Origin: the human T2T-CHM13v2.0 reference genome, Homo sapiens
Length of the DNA: 64,000 bases
Direction: 5' to 3' (one strand)
Assembly (NCBI RefSeq): GCF_009914755.1
Contig: NC_060929.1
Shown here piece after piece: positions 15,431-28,026 of the stretch. The translations under genes were made by a program, and so were the position numbers. How positions within the stretch are numbered: position 1 is the first letter of the stretch; each line of letters begins with the position of its first letter. The notes under the pieces were generated by a model, which had not been told where the DNA came from, did no database searches, and worked only from the letters and a program-made list of their open reading frames with translations.

Positions 15431-17584
15431 AGAGAAAAGTGGTGTATCTAAACTGCTATTTTATGATGTCACCTTCATATTCATTATCAGTTTTTAGTTT
15501 ATGAAAAGACTGAACTCAGTTTTTTCACTACTTTGAATATATCGCTTGAATTTTCTCCCTTTACAAAACAAATAAAAAGTACTTAAACAACTAAGACGAA
15601 CTCAAACTATATTTTATTTTTTGTCTAATGGGGTTTCTTCCTATTGCTTCTAAGTCTCTTCCAGTTATCCTGAAGCAGAGATTAGACATGGCATGCTGCT
15701 CTAATTGCTGTTTTGTTTAAAGGAAATTAGCCTCAACTCTCAGGGCACAAAATGAAGTGATATTCTGATAGATAGTTTTAACCACAATATGATAAATAGA
15801 ACCACCACAAACACTAATTTAAGCACTGAAGCATTATTATTGTTAATGTCTTTGTCTTTTGCTTTTGTTTGTTCACTACTAAATCATCTGGTTTAAATTG
15901 CATTTGCCAAAAAGGAAACTAAAAGCTCGCTCCATTTAGCACTGTGCGGTTTTGATGGCATTCTGCCTAACCATTTATGCAAAGAAGATAACTTGGTAGT
16001 CAGTAGATATGGTCACACCAAATAATTTAGACACTCGACACTGTTTTATGTCACAGCACTTTTCTATGTATTTAACCTTGATAATTATTCAAGCTGTATA
16101 CTGAAGCTAGCTACACATGCAAGTCCACTTGAAGAAAATGATAATTTGATTACATTTAGTGATCTGGTAACTAACCTAGAAATAAAGTATAGTTTAGGTT
16201 CAACTTAGTTATGTAAACTTTATTTCACTTTTTTCTTTCAACTCTGATAGATATTTCTATTCTCTGTCACAGTATTCAACTCTAAATTGTAACATAAGAA
16301 AGGTTATCAAAATTATGTAAAGATTAGTTTATGTAGTGTAAATCTTGATTTGAGAATAGCTCCAATAGCTCTCATATCTTTGCCTAAGAATGACAAGTGA
16401 CTCAGATTAACTACCAGGCCAATCTGGATTTCCCAAAACAAAACATATTTCAGGTCAGGTAGGACAAGCCTCTATGATGGATTGGCTATTACTCTGAGAT
16501 GAATGCAGTTACGGTTTCAAGTGAGTCTAGATGTTCCCTTACTGTCCTTATTGCAATTCTCAATAAGGTGACAACCACTTACTGAACCATAAAGGTGACA
16601 ATAACCTTAGATAAAAAAGAAAAATTGTAAGATATTGGGAAGATGATAATATAATGGAGAAAATTGAATAATCTTGTTTAACCAATTTATTCCAAAGATA
16701 AATAAGAGTTAGCAAAAATTTGAATTTAATTTATAGAAATATGAGATCAACATCTTCTTTCAAAATAGTCTTCTTAGGCATTACAAGTATATAACGAGTG
16801 ATATACATGAATATGGAAATGCAATCTAGTAATAATTATGAAGAATATCAAAGGTGGATGGCCGCTTTTCACTATGTACAAAGCAATTCGAAAAGAAAAC
16901 TGTATTTAAGTAAAGGAAATGTTAACATCATTATTTATGTCCTCATCCCAATTTCTTTTTAGCCTCACCCCCTTCCTACAATTAGGAACATGCATTAAAG
17001 GAAAGTTATGATAAGAATTATAATATTATTTATGCAGGAATGAAATGAGGAAAAAGATAAACCTAACAACATGTTTTAAAAATAACTCAATTGTGAAGGG
17101 TAATATGACAAGCAGCCACATTGTGAGCTACTTGATATAGTGGATAGGCTTATCCAATGTCTCTATCCCCTCCCTGGGCATAATTTCCAAGAGAGTGATT
17201 GTTATAAAGAACTACCTGTGCCAACAACCACTGAATAAATAGTATGGGAAGCTTACTCACTATTATGGGAACCATCACCTGAGCCAGAAGCTTGAACCAA
17301 GATACTGCAACATACTAAATACATATCAGTACCTTTTAATGCCAGTTTTTACTGTAGAACTACAATACATTCCTCAACCAGGTAGAGAGTTTTAAAAGAT
17401 GCCCCAACGTTGAGCTAACGCAACATTAAAATGCAAGTTCTTTTCTTTACTTCTGTTTCTTAGTGGCAAGAGAAAAATCAATTACCAGTGTGACATTATT
17501 GCCAATCTTCTAATGTTTAAAAAGCCATCATTAATTTTCTGGTGATAGTCATCTTATCCCACGGTGTGTCAGTGACAGTACCTC

Positions 17585-18828
17585 TGAGAAGTGACAGCGT
17601 GCTGGCAGTCCTCACAGCCCTTGTTCGCTCTCGGCGCCTCCTCTGCCTGGGCTCCCACTTTGGTGGCACTTGAGGAACGCTTCAGCCCACCACTGCACTG
17701 TGGGAGCCACTTTCTGGGCTGGCCAAGGCCGGAGCCGGCTCCCTCAGCTTGCGGAGAAGTGTGGAGGGAGAGGCGCGGCCGGGAACCCTGGCTGCGCGCG
17801 GTGCTTGCCGGCCAGCACGAGTTCCGGGTGGGTGTGGGCTTGGCGGGCCCCGCACTAGGAGCAGCTGACCGGCCCTGCCGGCCCAGACAATGAGGGGCTT
17901 AGCACCCTGGCCAGCGGCTGCAGAGGGCGTGCTGGGTCCCCCAGCAGTGCCGGCCCACCGACGCTGCGCTGGATATCTCGCCAGGCCTTAGCTGCCTCCC
18001 CGCGGGGCAGGGCTCGGGACCTGCAGCACCCCATGCCTGAGCCTTCCCCCCGCGCCCCCCCCGGCCCCCCACCCGCCCCCCGTGGGCTCCTGTGCGGCCC
18101 AAGCCTCCCCGATGAGCGCCACCCCCTGCTCCAGGCGCCCAGTCCCATCGACCACCCAAGGGCTGAGGAGTGCGGGCACAAGGCGCGGGACTGGCAGGCA
18201 GCTCCACTTGCAGCCCCTGTGCGGGATCCACTGGGTGAAGCCCGCTGGGCTCCTGAGTCTGGTGGGGACGTGGAGAAACTTTGTGTCTAGCTCAGGGATT
18301 GTAAACGCACCAATCAGCGCCCTGTCAAAACAGACCACTCGGCTCTACCAATCAGCAGGATGTGGGTGGGGCCAGATAAAAGAATAAAACCAGGCTGCCC
18401 GAGCCCACAGTGACAAACCGCTGGGGTCCCCTTCCACGGTGTGGAAGCTTTGTTCTTTTGCTCTTTGCAATAAATCTTGCTGCTGCTCACTCTTTGGGTC
18501 CACACTGCCTTTATGAGCTGTAACACTCACCGCGAAGGTCTGCAGCTTCATTCCTGAAGCCAGCGAGACCACGAGCCCACCGGGAGGAACTAACAACTCC
18601 AGACGCACCGCCTTAAGAGCTGTAACACTCACCGCGAAGGTCTGCAGCTTCACTCCTGAGCCAACGAGACCACGAACCCACCAGAAGGAAGAAACTCTGA
18701 ACACTTCTGAACATCAGAAGGAACAAACTCCGGACACGCCGCCTTTAAGAACTGTAACACTCACCGCGACGGTCCGCGGCTTCATTCCTGAAGTCAGTGA
18801 GACCAAGAACCCACCAATTCCGGACACA
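17585..18828 (+). mobile_element. LTR12C solo LTR (HERV9), CpG-rich, potential NF-Y promoter
   Basis: Starts 'tgagaagtgacagcgtgctggcagtcctcacagccc', ends 'aacccaccaattccggacaca'; 4-bp TSD CCTC at 17581-17584 and 18829-18832; CCAAT at 18310 and 18348; three 'ctgtaacactcaccgcga' U5 repeats. Confidence 0.96.
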
Positions 18829-19454
18829 CCTCCAGCATAAAACCTCAGGCAGCAATGCATGATCGGATTCATTGCTGTAAGTTGCGGTACCCTGAGAGGC
18901 ATTTTCATTGTCCTCAAATTCAAAGAACAAAAATCTCAGGATAATACGTTATTTCCATTATGCATTTAAGATTGATGTAAGGATAGAAAGATTTTGAAAG
19001 AAAAATCTATCAGGTCTTTCCTTTAAACATGGGGGGTTTCTTGAATAAGAGCTAGTAACAATGTGAAGATAATTAATCAAGATCAGATATATGTGGACAG
19101 CTCATTGCTGACTTTCATGGCATATCTGGATTTAGAATAAAGATAAGCCCTATTAGAGAGAGAGGCATTTAAGGAGATGGCATTTCTTATAATTATGTGT
19201 AAGAGTAAAAATAGGATGTCAGGCAAAGCATAAGTAAAGTAGTCCTTTCAGCATAAAAGCTCGTTATAAGAAATTTCAAATAAATCACATCAGGACAGAG
19301 AATTCCTCTGATCCATATGACTTGAAGCCATTTTATCACCTTCTGAGTGGCAGAATCATGGTTACTCATCAATTTTTCCTTGTGGAGCTTACATTAACAA
19401 TTTATTAAACATAGGCAAATTGATAGCCTTAAATTGTTGAGGGAAGAGTAACAA

Positions 19455-20045
19455 CACTGTCATCCTTAAGGCACTGATGAAAACCAACTGCACCTAAAAA
19501 AGGGAACGAAAAACACTCTGCTCCTGGGGATGGAGCAGGCAAAAGTACCTGACCCTGAACTATACAAGAGGAAGAGCAAGGGCACTGAATAGCCCCCATC
19601 ACCTCAGAGAAGACCATGACCAGTTATCCATGACTAAGGATAAATCAGAAGAGCAGGGAATATTCTCCATCACCTACTGCTAGGCTAGAGAACATTTCCA
19701 ATCACCCACCACTAGGCCAGGCTAGCAACTGATGGAGTAGCAACTAAAATAAAAAAGCAGACTCTCAGAGGCACAGCACAAAGGGGAACTTAAAATTGAG
19801 AGGCTACAATAGAAATTGAAAGAAAATAAAAATAAATAAAGAAAAACACTCTGACAAACCAGCCTCTACCTTAAATACAGTGTTAATAAAGAACTTCAAA
19901 ATTGTGCTGAATTTAGCTTAACCATATCAACCATAAATCTCAAACCCAGACCAACGCTTACTTAGATTAAGTCCCCTCATCTCCTATATTATAAGCCAAG
20001 CAGAGGGCACACTCACTCGTTGGCATGAAACTATTTACTTTAATT
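19455..20045 (+). mobile_element. Probable old L1M (L1MC-type) 5' region fragment
   Basis: Degenerate similarity to recalled L1MC 5'-end motifs ('aaacccagaccaac...ttagattaa', 'ggcatgaaactatttac'); weak. Confidence 0.35.
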
Positions 20046-23000
20046 GCACCTGTAAAATTGCCCTCACTTTTGGCACATAAGGTACAGGCAAACACATCAG
20101 CTGGTTTCTATTCTCACTCATGGCAGAACAGAGAAACCCAGCAGCACTTCAGGCACCTCCCTACATTCTAAAGGATTGTGAGCAAGCGATATTTTGAACT
20201 GGAACATTGATCTTTGGCTTTTGTATAAATCTCTGGAACTAACTCTAAACACAATTTCACTAAAGATAAGGAATTACTGTTATGTATCTTTTTTGCTAAG
20301 CTGAAAAGTCACTAGGTGATTCATAGCATTCACAAAATAAGTTATTAAACATTGCTCAATGGAAGACTAATTATCCGTCCGACTTATATTCATATTTTTC
20401 ATTTTACTTGAAGTGATTTTATTGCACATGTAGGATTTGAAGCCACAGTTCCTGCATGTGGCATTTGCAAGCTGTCTCTTTGTCTATATAACTGCAAATA
20501 TTTAAGTTATTTTTAGATGTAAAGGGTAATCCAGAGACAATATTCCACAACAATAATCTTTAAATTTTTCTTAATAACAGTATTGAGCATGCTAAAGAGA
20601 AAGTACAGTAGCATCAGCTAATGAAAGGTAGATAGTAATAATCGGGTATAGAGTCAGGCTTCAGGAGACTGAAACTCTAGCAAATATCATAAGATGTAGA
20701 TTACATAAATCCTAAAATGTAAAAAATCGTAAGTGAAAACCAAAAATATTCAAACCGTGTTCAGAAAGTAAAGAGGTATTTTTCAACTAGAAGTATCATA
20801 GAAATCTTCATGAAAGAAATGGTATTAGTCAAGAATATTAAGATGGATACAATTTGTACAATTAGGGAAGAAGAACTTCCCACTTGAAGGGAACGACATG
20901 GATAATCTAGTAAAGAAGGAAGAAAAAGCATAATTGTAAAATGTCAATTTGGTTGGGAATAATAATAGGGAATCATTGCTGTGGTTTTTGTGGAAGACAA
21001 TGTAACCACTGTTTTTCCAAGGAGCAATCTAATGAGACAGACAAAAGTTGGAAGTTCTAGAATTGGTAAGGTAGGTACTAAAAGTATGTGTTTGAGAGAA
21101 CTTCACCAAATTGACTCATTATTCTCTGAAAAACAAGATGCAATAATTTTTTTGCATAGAATTATAAAGGCTGATAGATTTTTACATTTGAAGACAGTGC
21201 AAGAGTTATGAAGCAACTGTTTTGGGGGATGCCAGCCATCATTTTGAGTTTAAGAAAGGGTTTTTTGAGAGGTAACAAGGGCCCAAATATTGTCAAAATA
21301 CACTTGTCATTGAATCTTGGGAAACTTTGCTTTTTCTCCCCTCAGTGTCTAGTTTCCTAATACGTGAATGAAATACATCAGTAGGATTTTACCCAAAACA
21401 AATAACCCCACAGAAGTAAAAGTCCTCTGAAAGACAGTTAAGATGAAACAGATGCTGAGAATCTATGAAATGTGATAAGGGTAAACAAAGTAGAGTGGAT
21501 GAGAGAGGGGAGAATTTTAAGCTGGAGGATTGTAGTTATAACTTCAGAGTTAAAACGCTTAGAGCTAGAGTAATTTTACACAATGCTGAGATCTAAAGAT
21601 AGGTCTAACTATAAGGATTGTATTTCCAGTACCATAAAGATTAAAGATACTATAATTCAGGTGTACAAGGGCCTGGGGTTAAAGAATTGAGAAAATCATC
21701 AACACAGTAATTAAAATATTTAAATAGCATCAATGATAGGAATTAAAATCCCTAAAATATTGGCAGATGAAGTGAGAACTTTTCATCCAAGTGGTAGTAA
21801 TAATTGAATACAATGGAAGGAGATGAGTAGATAACATCAATCTAGTTCTAAACATTGCTATAGAAGTGGTTGGTGTCAACTTCAAAAAAAAAGGTGGTGA
21901 AATATTGAAAGGGCTAATCATGATTTTTTGGAATCAGTAGAGAGCATTGAATTTGTCAACTCCTAACCTTCATCTTAAGAAATAGTGATAGGGCAGGAAA
22001 AATACCTTAACTATAGACTATAGAATCAGTAAGACAGAAATTAAATGATGAGACAATCATTAAAGCATGCTTGTTACTATCTAGTAGTTAAAGACACAAT
22101 GAAGAATTCTGCCAAGTATAGAGTGTCTACATTGAAAGGTTTTGGCTCACTTATGACAAATACTTTGAAGGAAAGTTTAAGTGAAAAGGTACAGAATATT
22201 AAAATAAAAAATTTCATAAAACAATGAAAGAGGCTTCTTGAGCAAGATAAAGGAGTAATTTGGGAGAAAATGAGCAAAGCCCATTTTCAGTATGATAAGA
22301 TTACTATATTTGCAGATAATAACAGATTGGACATCATATCTCATATATTTACCTTTGTAGTGCTGGCTTCATTGAATAATATCTGCATATGAATTTTGCA
22401 GTACTTTTGCCACCAACTATCACCTAGCCCTAGTGGATTCAACAAACTCTTTGAGGAGGTTCAAATAATTACGTAACAAGATTCAGAGAGTAGATAACTG
22501 ACTTTTTTTCTACTTTGAGCATAAAGTGAGGCATCCAACATTCTCATTTTATAATCATGGCTGTTTTCTGGGAATGGTGATTTCTTAAACAGAATTACCA
22601 GGTAGAGCGTTGAAAGATTATACTGTACTACATAAAGAAAGAATATTTTTGGGGGGAAAAAAGGTGAATTGCATTATTTTTAAAAAATGATCTAAAAGAA
22701 CTTTGTTAAAAGAAATAATAGTAATAATATTTATTGTTTATAGTACATGTAGAAGTTGAATAAGATCACAATGGGCAGAAAAAGGGGAATTATAAATATT
22801 CTGTTATAAGAAATCTTAATTTCTTGTGGAATTTACCTTTAAAGTCTTTGTAAATACATTTGTATAGACTACAGTCCGTATAAAGTATAGAAAGATAGTG
22901 TTAATAGAAAACTTGCAGTTAAAAATTGTAAACCAGCAAATTTTACCTTTCCATTGCATGACAAATGCAATAGAAGAGCTCCTGACTTCAGAAAGTTCAA

Positions 23001-25254
23001 ATGAATCTAAATTCTAATGTGCAATTCTCTTTCAAAACATAATATCTATAGTAACATTTTATATGATTAAATATTACTATACATAAAATGGTTGAACCTC
23101 TAGTATAAATATATTTTATATGATTGTTATGGTTATTTCTTACATTGAATTTATAGAGGTTTATTTTTCTACTATTCATGAAGTTTTATTAACATACAGC
23201 TATGTCAAAGTAGTGGGAATAAATAATCTAAAAGTTCTTATCTGAAAGAAATTTTTCATCAAATTGTAGCCTTTTAACCTAGAGATAGCTGTTTAAGATC
23301 ATGTTTTATAAGATACTAACAATAAAAGTCATCCATCTGTAGTATTAATTAATCAGTGCTATTTGTTACAATAAATTGTACATAAAGTATGAGGAAAAAT
23401 CTGGAAAATTAAATGCTAATGTGTTCCTAGATAAAATTCATGACATATATAATTATAGAAAAGTAAACATCAAATATAAAGTGTCATCACTGTTTTAATT
23501 ACTATAAATATGTTCGTAATCACATGAATTTCTGAAATATGGACAGGGAAAGGTTTATAAAAATGCACTTGAAGAAACACATGAAATGTCATAATTTTTT
23601 GAAATTACTTAAAATTCAATAAAATATTTTTATTCCCTTAAAGACATACATAAAGTTATAACGCAGTATGGGCCAGTATAAAATAGTAGAACATAACAAA
23701 ACATCATAGTTCATAGCCTTAAAATGAAAAATGTGTATTGATTCCCTGGCATAATCATAATTGCCTTTATACATTGTCTGAATCTTAGGGAGAACAGAGA
23801 TGTTGCTTATGAAAATCCAATTAATGTTTATATGCACATTATATGTAGACATAATATATACCCATATGGACTGAACTGTAGAAGTTGTTCTATTATTAAA
23901 TGCAAATCTATTGGTTATATAGATTATGTTGCAGTATAAAATCTACTGGAGCATTGCAACAATTCACTCAGGTGAAGACCTGGCCTTAGAACTAATCTTT
24001 GAAGTCAAAGATTTTCTTGACTACTGGGAAAGCTAGAAACTTCTCGAATCATAAGCAATGAGTTATTCTTTTTCATAATTCTTGAAGAAAATTAACAGCA
24101 CTCCAAACTTTATGTAAAGTGTTCTATTATCATTAACAGAGCATAACACATAGCTATATTTAGCATATAGAGTTGAACAACTTTCTTCCTTCAACTGTAT
24201 ATTTACAATCACTGATAAATAACTACAATTTTTAAAAAAATGAATGCACATTATCACATTTGTTTTTAACCAAGAAAACATTTTTCCCCTCAAGATTCAG
24301 TTATCTATAGCAGAATTTGTGGCTTTTATTTTAAATACCTCTCTTCAGAAATAGGAAATACTTCACAGAGAAATTAAAAATCACGTTTTTTTTTTCTTTT
24401 TTTCACCACATATTTTTCTGTGTTAGAGAACAGATTGAAAAACAATTGTTCTTTTAAGCAGTATATGTAATAGAAAGCTGAGAGAACCAATGGAGGTGAA
24501 GTAGGCATTTTAACATGATACTTGTGCTAAATTATTGTAGTAATAAGAAGAAATAAAAATAAATAAATGCATTACTGAATAAAATAAAGGCCACTAGTCA
24601 GATGTGGTAAATATTAATTTGATTGTGATACTGAGATAGGAAAAGATAGAACCGTCAAGTAAAACTCAGAAGAATCAGAGATCTCACCCAGTGTAAATTT
24701 GCCCCAAAATTTTAGAAGCAGTTCAATGTACTAGTTCAGCCATAACTCTGTTGTATTTAGTATACTGAAATTATTTATATATTGAAATACATGTAGGGTA
24801 AGGACATATGAAGCAGAAGGTGTAACATCGTTTCTGCTGGTTACATCATTATTTTTCTTAGAAAATAATACACTTTTAGAATAATTTATAATTGTATATC
24901 ATAATTAATAATAATATGGTTTTTAGCATCACACTTTAGTGATTTCAGTTATCTGCTAAGTGCTCTTTAGCAAATATACTTTAATTATATTTTGCATAGG
25001 TTTGTACATCCTTTTTAAAAAATTATTTTATTACAAATGTGATATGTTAGTTTTTTTATTTGAGATGTAGATCTTGTACAAACATCTACCAGTTAAGTTC
25101 CTTTGCACTGTGTCTGATATTTTGTATTTTCTAGAGACATATAATAAAATTTTTGTTCCTGGTTTCTTGTGAAGATTTAGATGTACATCTAATTGTATTT
25201 GGCCTTCTATTGCTTACACTTCCCTTTGTTCTTCATTCTCACTTCTGAAATTCA

Positions 25255-25705
25255 CTATATATATATATATATACACACACACATGTATATATACACATAT
25301 ACACACACGTATATATACACATATGCACACACGTATATATACACATATACACACACGTATATATACACATATACACACACGTATATATACACATATATAC
25401 ACACGTATATGCACATATATACACACGTATATGCACATATATACACACGTATATACATATATACATATATACACACATATACACATATATACATATATAC
25501 ACATATATACATATATACACATATATACGTATATACACATACATACATATATACACATATATACACATATATACATATATACACATATATATACATATAT
25601 ACACACATATATACATATATATACACACATGTATATATAGGCAGAGAGAGAAAGACCCAAATTAGTTTTATATATATATAGATATAGATATAGATATAGA
25701 TATGT
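25255..25705. repeat. Compound (TA)n/(TACA)n/(GATATA)n low-complexity repeat
   Basis: About 385 bp of alternating purine-pyrimidine with units like 'acacatatacacacacgtatatat', then (TA)n(GATATA)n at 25669-25705. Confidence 0.95.
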
Positions 25706-26082
25706 ATAAACTTTTTATATCCTGATTCGAAGTTGGCCTTATTTTACTAATTTGGGTCACTGCTTCCATTTCTGTCAGTTTGAAATCACCTTTTCTTTTC
25801 CAGGTAAGGTTTCACTAAGCAGACACTGGCTTATTATGTCAACACTTTTTCATGTCAGTCTTTGCTCATGGACCCACCCTATTAAATGTCCTCAAAATTT
25901 ATTTTATACTTTAAAGAAATATATTGCCATTGGCTGTATTCTACCAAGAATATATTCACTTTTATATCTGTGTTATTTTATCCAAAATTAAATAAATATG
26001 AAGTTGATTTATAAAATAAAATACATAAAACAAGTAATATATTAGAAGTAATATTATCAACTGAAACAACCATTTTTTCTCT

Positions 26083-26210
26083 TCATTTGTTTATTCAACA
26101 AGTATTTAATATTTGATTGCTTCTTAACATTGTGCTAGTTATGGGAAAAAATGAATCAGAAATGAAATGTGCCCCCTAGGATTTTGGTCTGATAGATGAG
26201 ATTAAATATG
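26083..26210 (-). mobile_element. L2 3' end fragment
   Basis: 'catttgtttattcaacaagtatttaat...cattgtgctagtt' is the reverse of the L2 terminus. Confidence 0.6.
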
Positions 26211-26353
26211 TTCAAAAATATAAAATATAAAAGGCCCACATGATATGGGAGAATAATATATATTACCTATCAGAACAGATGAACAAAAATCAGAGATAAG
26301 TATAGTTTTTCATACCTAGTAGTTTGAGTGTATTGCTGAATTCCCTAGGTAGA

Positions 26354-26415
26354 TTTTCAACAGGCAGTCAAATATCTCCCCCTTTTTTCAACAGGCAGTC
26401 AAATATCTCCCCCTT
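26354..26415. repeat. Perfect 31-bp tandem duplication
   Basis: ttttcaacaggcagtcaaatatctccccctt occurs at 26354-26384 and again at 26385-26415. Confidence 0.95.
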
Positions 26416-26854
26416 AAAAAACTTCTTTTACACCAATTGTCAAAATATCCAGGTTTTTCAAGGTCTAAAGAGGTTGAAGTTATTATTTGGTATGACAATA
26501 ATCTTTGGGGTTTAAAAAGTTAACATAATTTATAACCAGTCAAATTATTATTTTGTAAAAATATCATATATTAGTCATGATTTAGTGACAAGACGAGGGG
26601 TATTTTAAGGAACTTGTAAAAGGAGGCAAGAAGTCATGGCAGTAATAGTAAGTGATGAATAGACTTAAGAATGTAGGGACAGTGGGCCTAATCATACATC
26701 TGACTTTGTCATATTGCTTTCTCTGTCGACAATTTTTTTGCAGACTCTTTTTCCTGTCAAGCTTCCTTAAGTGTTATTCTTCTCAGATTTCTTCCTTAAC
26801 ATTGCCCTTTATTGATGATGCTTTCTGCCTTTTGGGGTACTAGCCTACACCCAT

Positions 26855-27414
26855 TATAGAGTCAGAATCTAAAATAATCCCTAAGATTCCAGTTTCCCGG
26901 TGTACCCTTTCCCTTGAGTGTGGGCCAGAGCTTTGAAATAATGAAATATCATTCTCCCATGATTATATTATGTAGACAAAGGGATTTTGAAGATATATTT
27001 AAGATTCCTCATTAGTTGACTTTGAGTTTATCAAAATAAAAAAAGTCTCTACTGCTGGCTTCGAAGAAACAAACTTTTCTGATGTAGAGTGAGTCACGTA
27101 CTACAAAACGGTGAATGATCTTTGGGAACAGAGAACAGGCCCAGTTGACAACCAGCAAGGTAGTGGGTATCTCAATCCCACAACCTCAATGAACTAAATT
27201 CTACCAAAAAGTGAAATTGGAAGAGATCTCTGAGACTCAAATGAAATTGTAATCCTGGCCAACACCTTAATGTTAGCCTGGTGAAACCCTGACAGAAAAC
27301 TCAGTTAGGCCCTACAAAGACTTCTGATCTGTAGAACTATGAGATAATAAATGAGTGTTCTCTTAAGCTGCCAAATTTTTGTTAATTTGTTATTCCACAT
27401 AAAAATGTAATGCA
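26855..27414 (+). mobile_element. MaLR LTR, MLT1E-like
   Basis: 'cccttgagtgtggg', 'ttagttgactttgagtttatcaaa', 'agataataaatgagtgttctcttaagctgccaaatttttgttaatttgtta'. Confidence 0.8.
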
Positions 27415-27459
27415 TGTGTCTTTAATTACAACAAAACCTGATGTATACAAGCATAGTAA

Positions 27460-27935
27460 CTAGATATGTCTTCAGAGCTCCAGACCATATTAAATGTTTT
27501 CATATCATCTTTACATAGTTGGCCCAACGATGGCTGCAAACCAACATATCCCATACTGGACACATTATCTCATCCCCAGCTGCACTCTGCTCCTTGTTCC
27601 TCTATTCAAGCCAGAAATATGAAAGACATGGGAGTCATTCGTAATTCCACTCTGTCTCCCTCATTCTCTCTACCTAATCAGGCACTGAACTCTGTGCAAT
27701 TCCCTACTTTAATATGTCTTAAATTCAATCACATAGTTCCATCCTACCACCATATCTTGTTTAGGCCGATATCTGATTTCAACGATAGCTACACAGACTC
27801 CTATATGCTTTTCCTCACCCCTTATTGGCCCCCGTCTGATACATTCTGCAAACTGCAGCTAGTGTAATCTTTGTATGATATAAGCATGAGTTCCTATTTG
27901 CTCTGTGATGCATCCCTTGTGCCCTCAGGAAGAAA
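27460..27935 (+). mobile_element. L2 internal fragment
   Basis: 'cagagctccagaccatat', 'tcaagccagaaa...gggagtcattc', 'ctgcagctagtgtaatcttt' are L2-like. Confidence 0.55.
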
Positions 27936-27944
27936 ACACAAATA

Positions 27945-28026
27945 CAGTCATACACCACAAACAGCATTTTGGTCAACAGTGAACATCGTATAAAAAAAGT
28001 GGTCCTGTAAGATTATAATGGAGCTG
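27945..28026. mobile_element. MER47-like (Tigger) terminal fragment
   Basis: 'ta|cagtcatacaccac...ttggtcaacagtg...gtggtcctgtaagattataatggagctg' matches the MER47 terminus after a TA site. Confidence 0.7.

Noticed and set aside
18510-18800. Three spaced direct repeats resembling a CRISPR-like array
   Set aside because: Normal U5 tandem repeats of LTR12; the spacers are similar to each other and the DNA is eukaryotic.
17591-18930. Many overlapping 60-119 aa ORFs and an apparent CpG-island promoter
   Set aside because: All lie within LTR12C; the sequence is GC-rich and stop-poor.
25193-25681. Several 105-162 aa Y/I/H/T/V/C-rich ORFs
   Set aside because: Translation of a TA/CA simple repeat.
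27466-27867. 133-aa ORF
   Set aside because: Lies within degenerate L2-like sequence; no recognisable domain.
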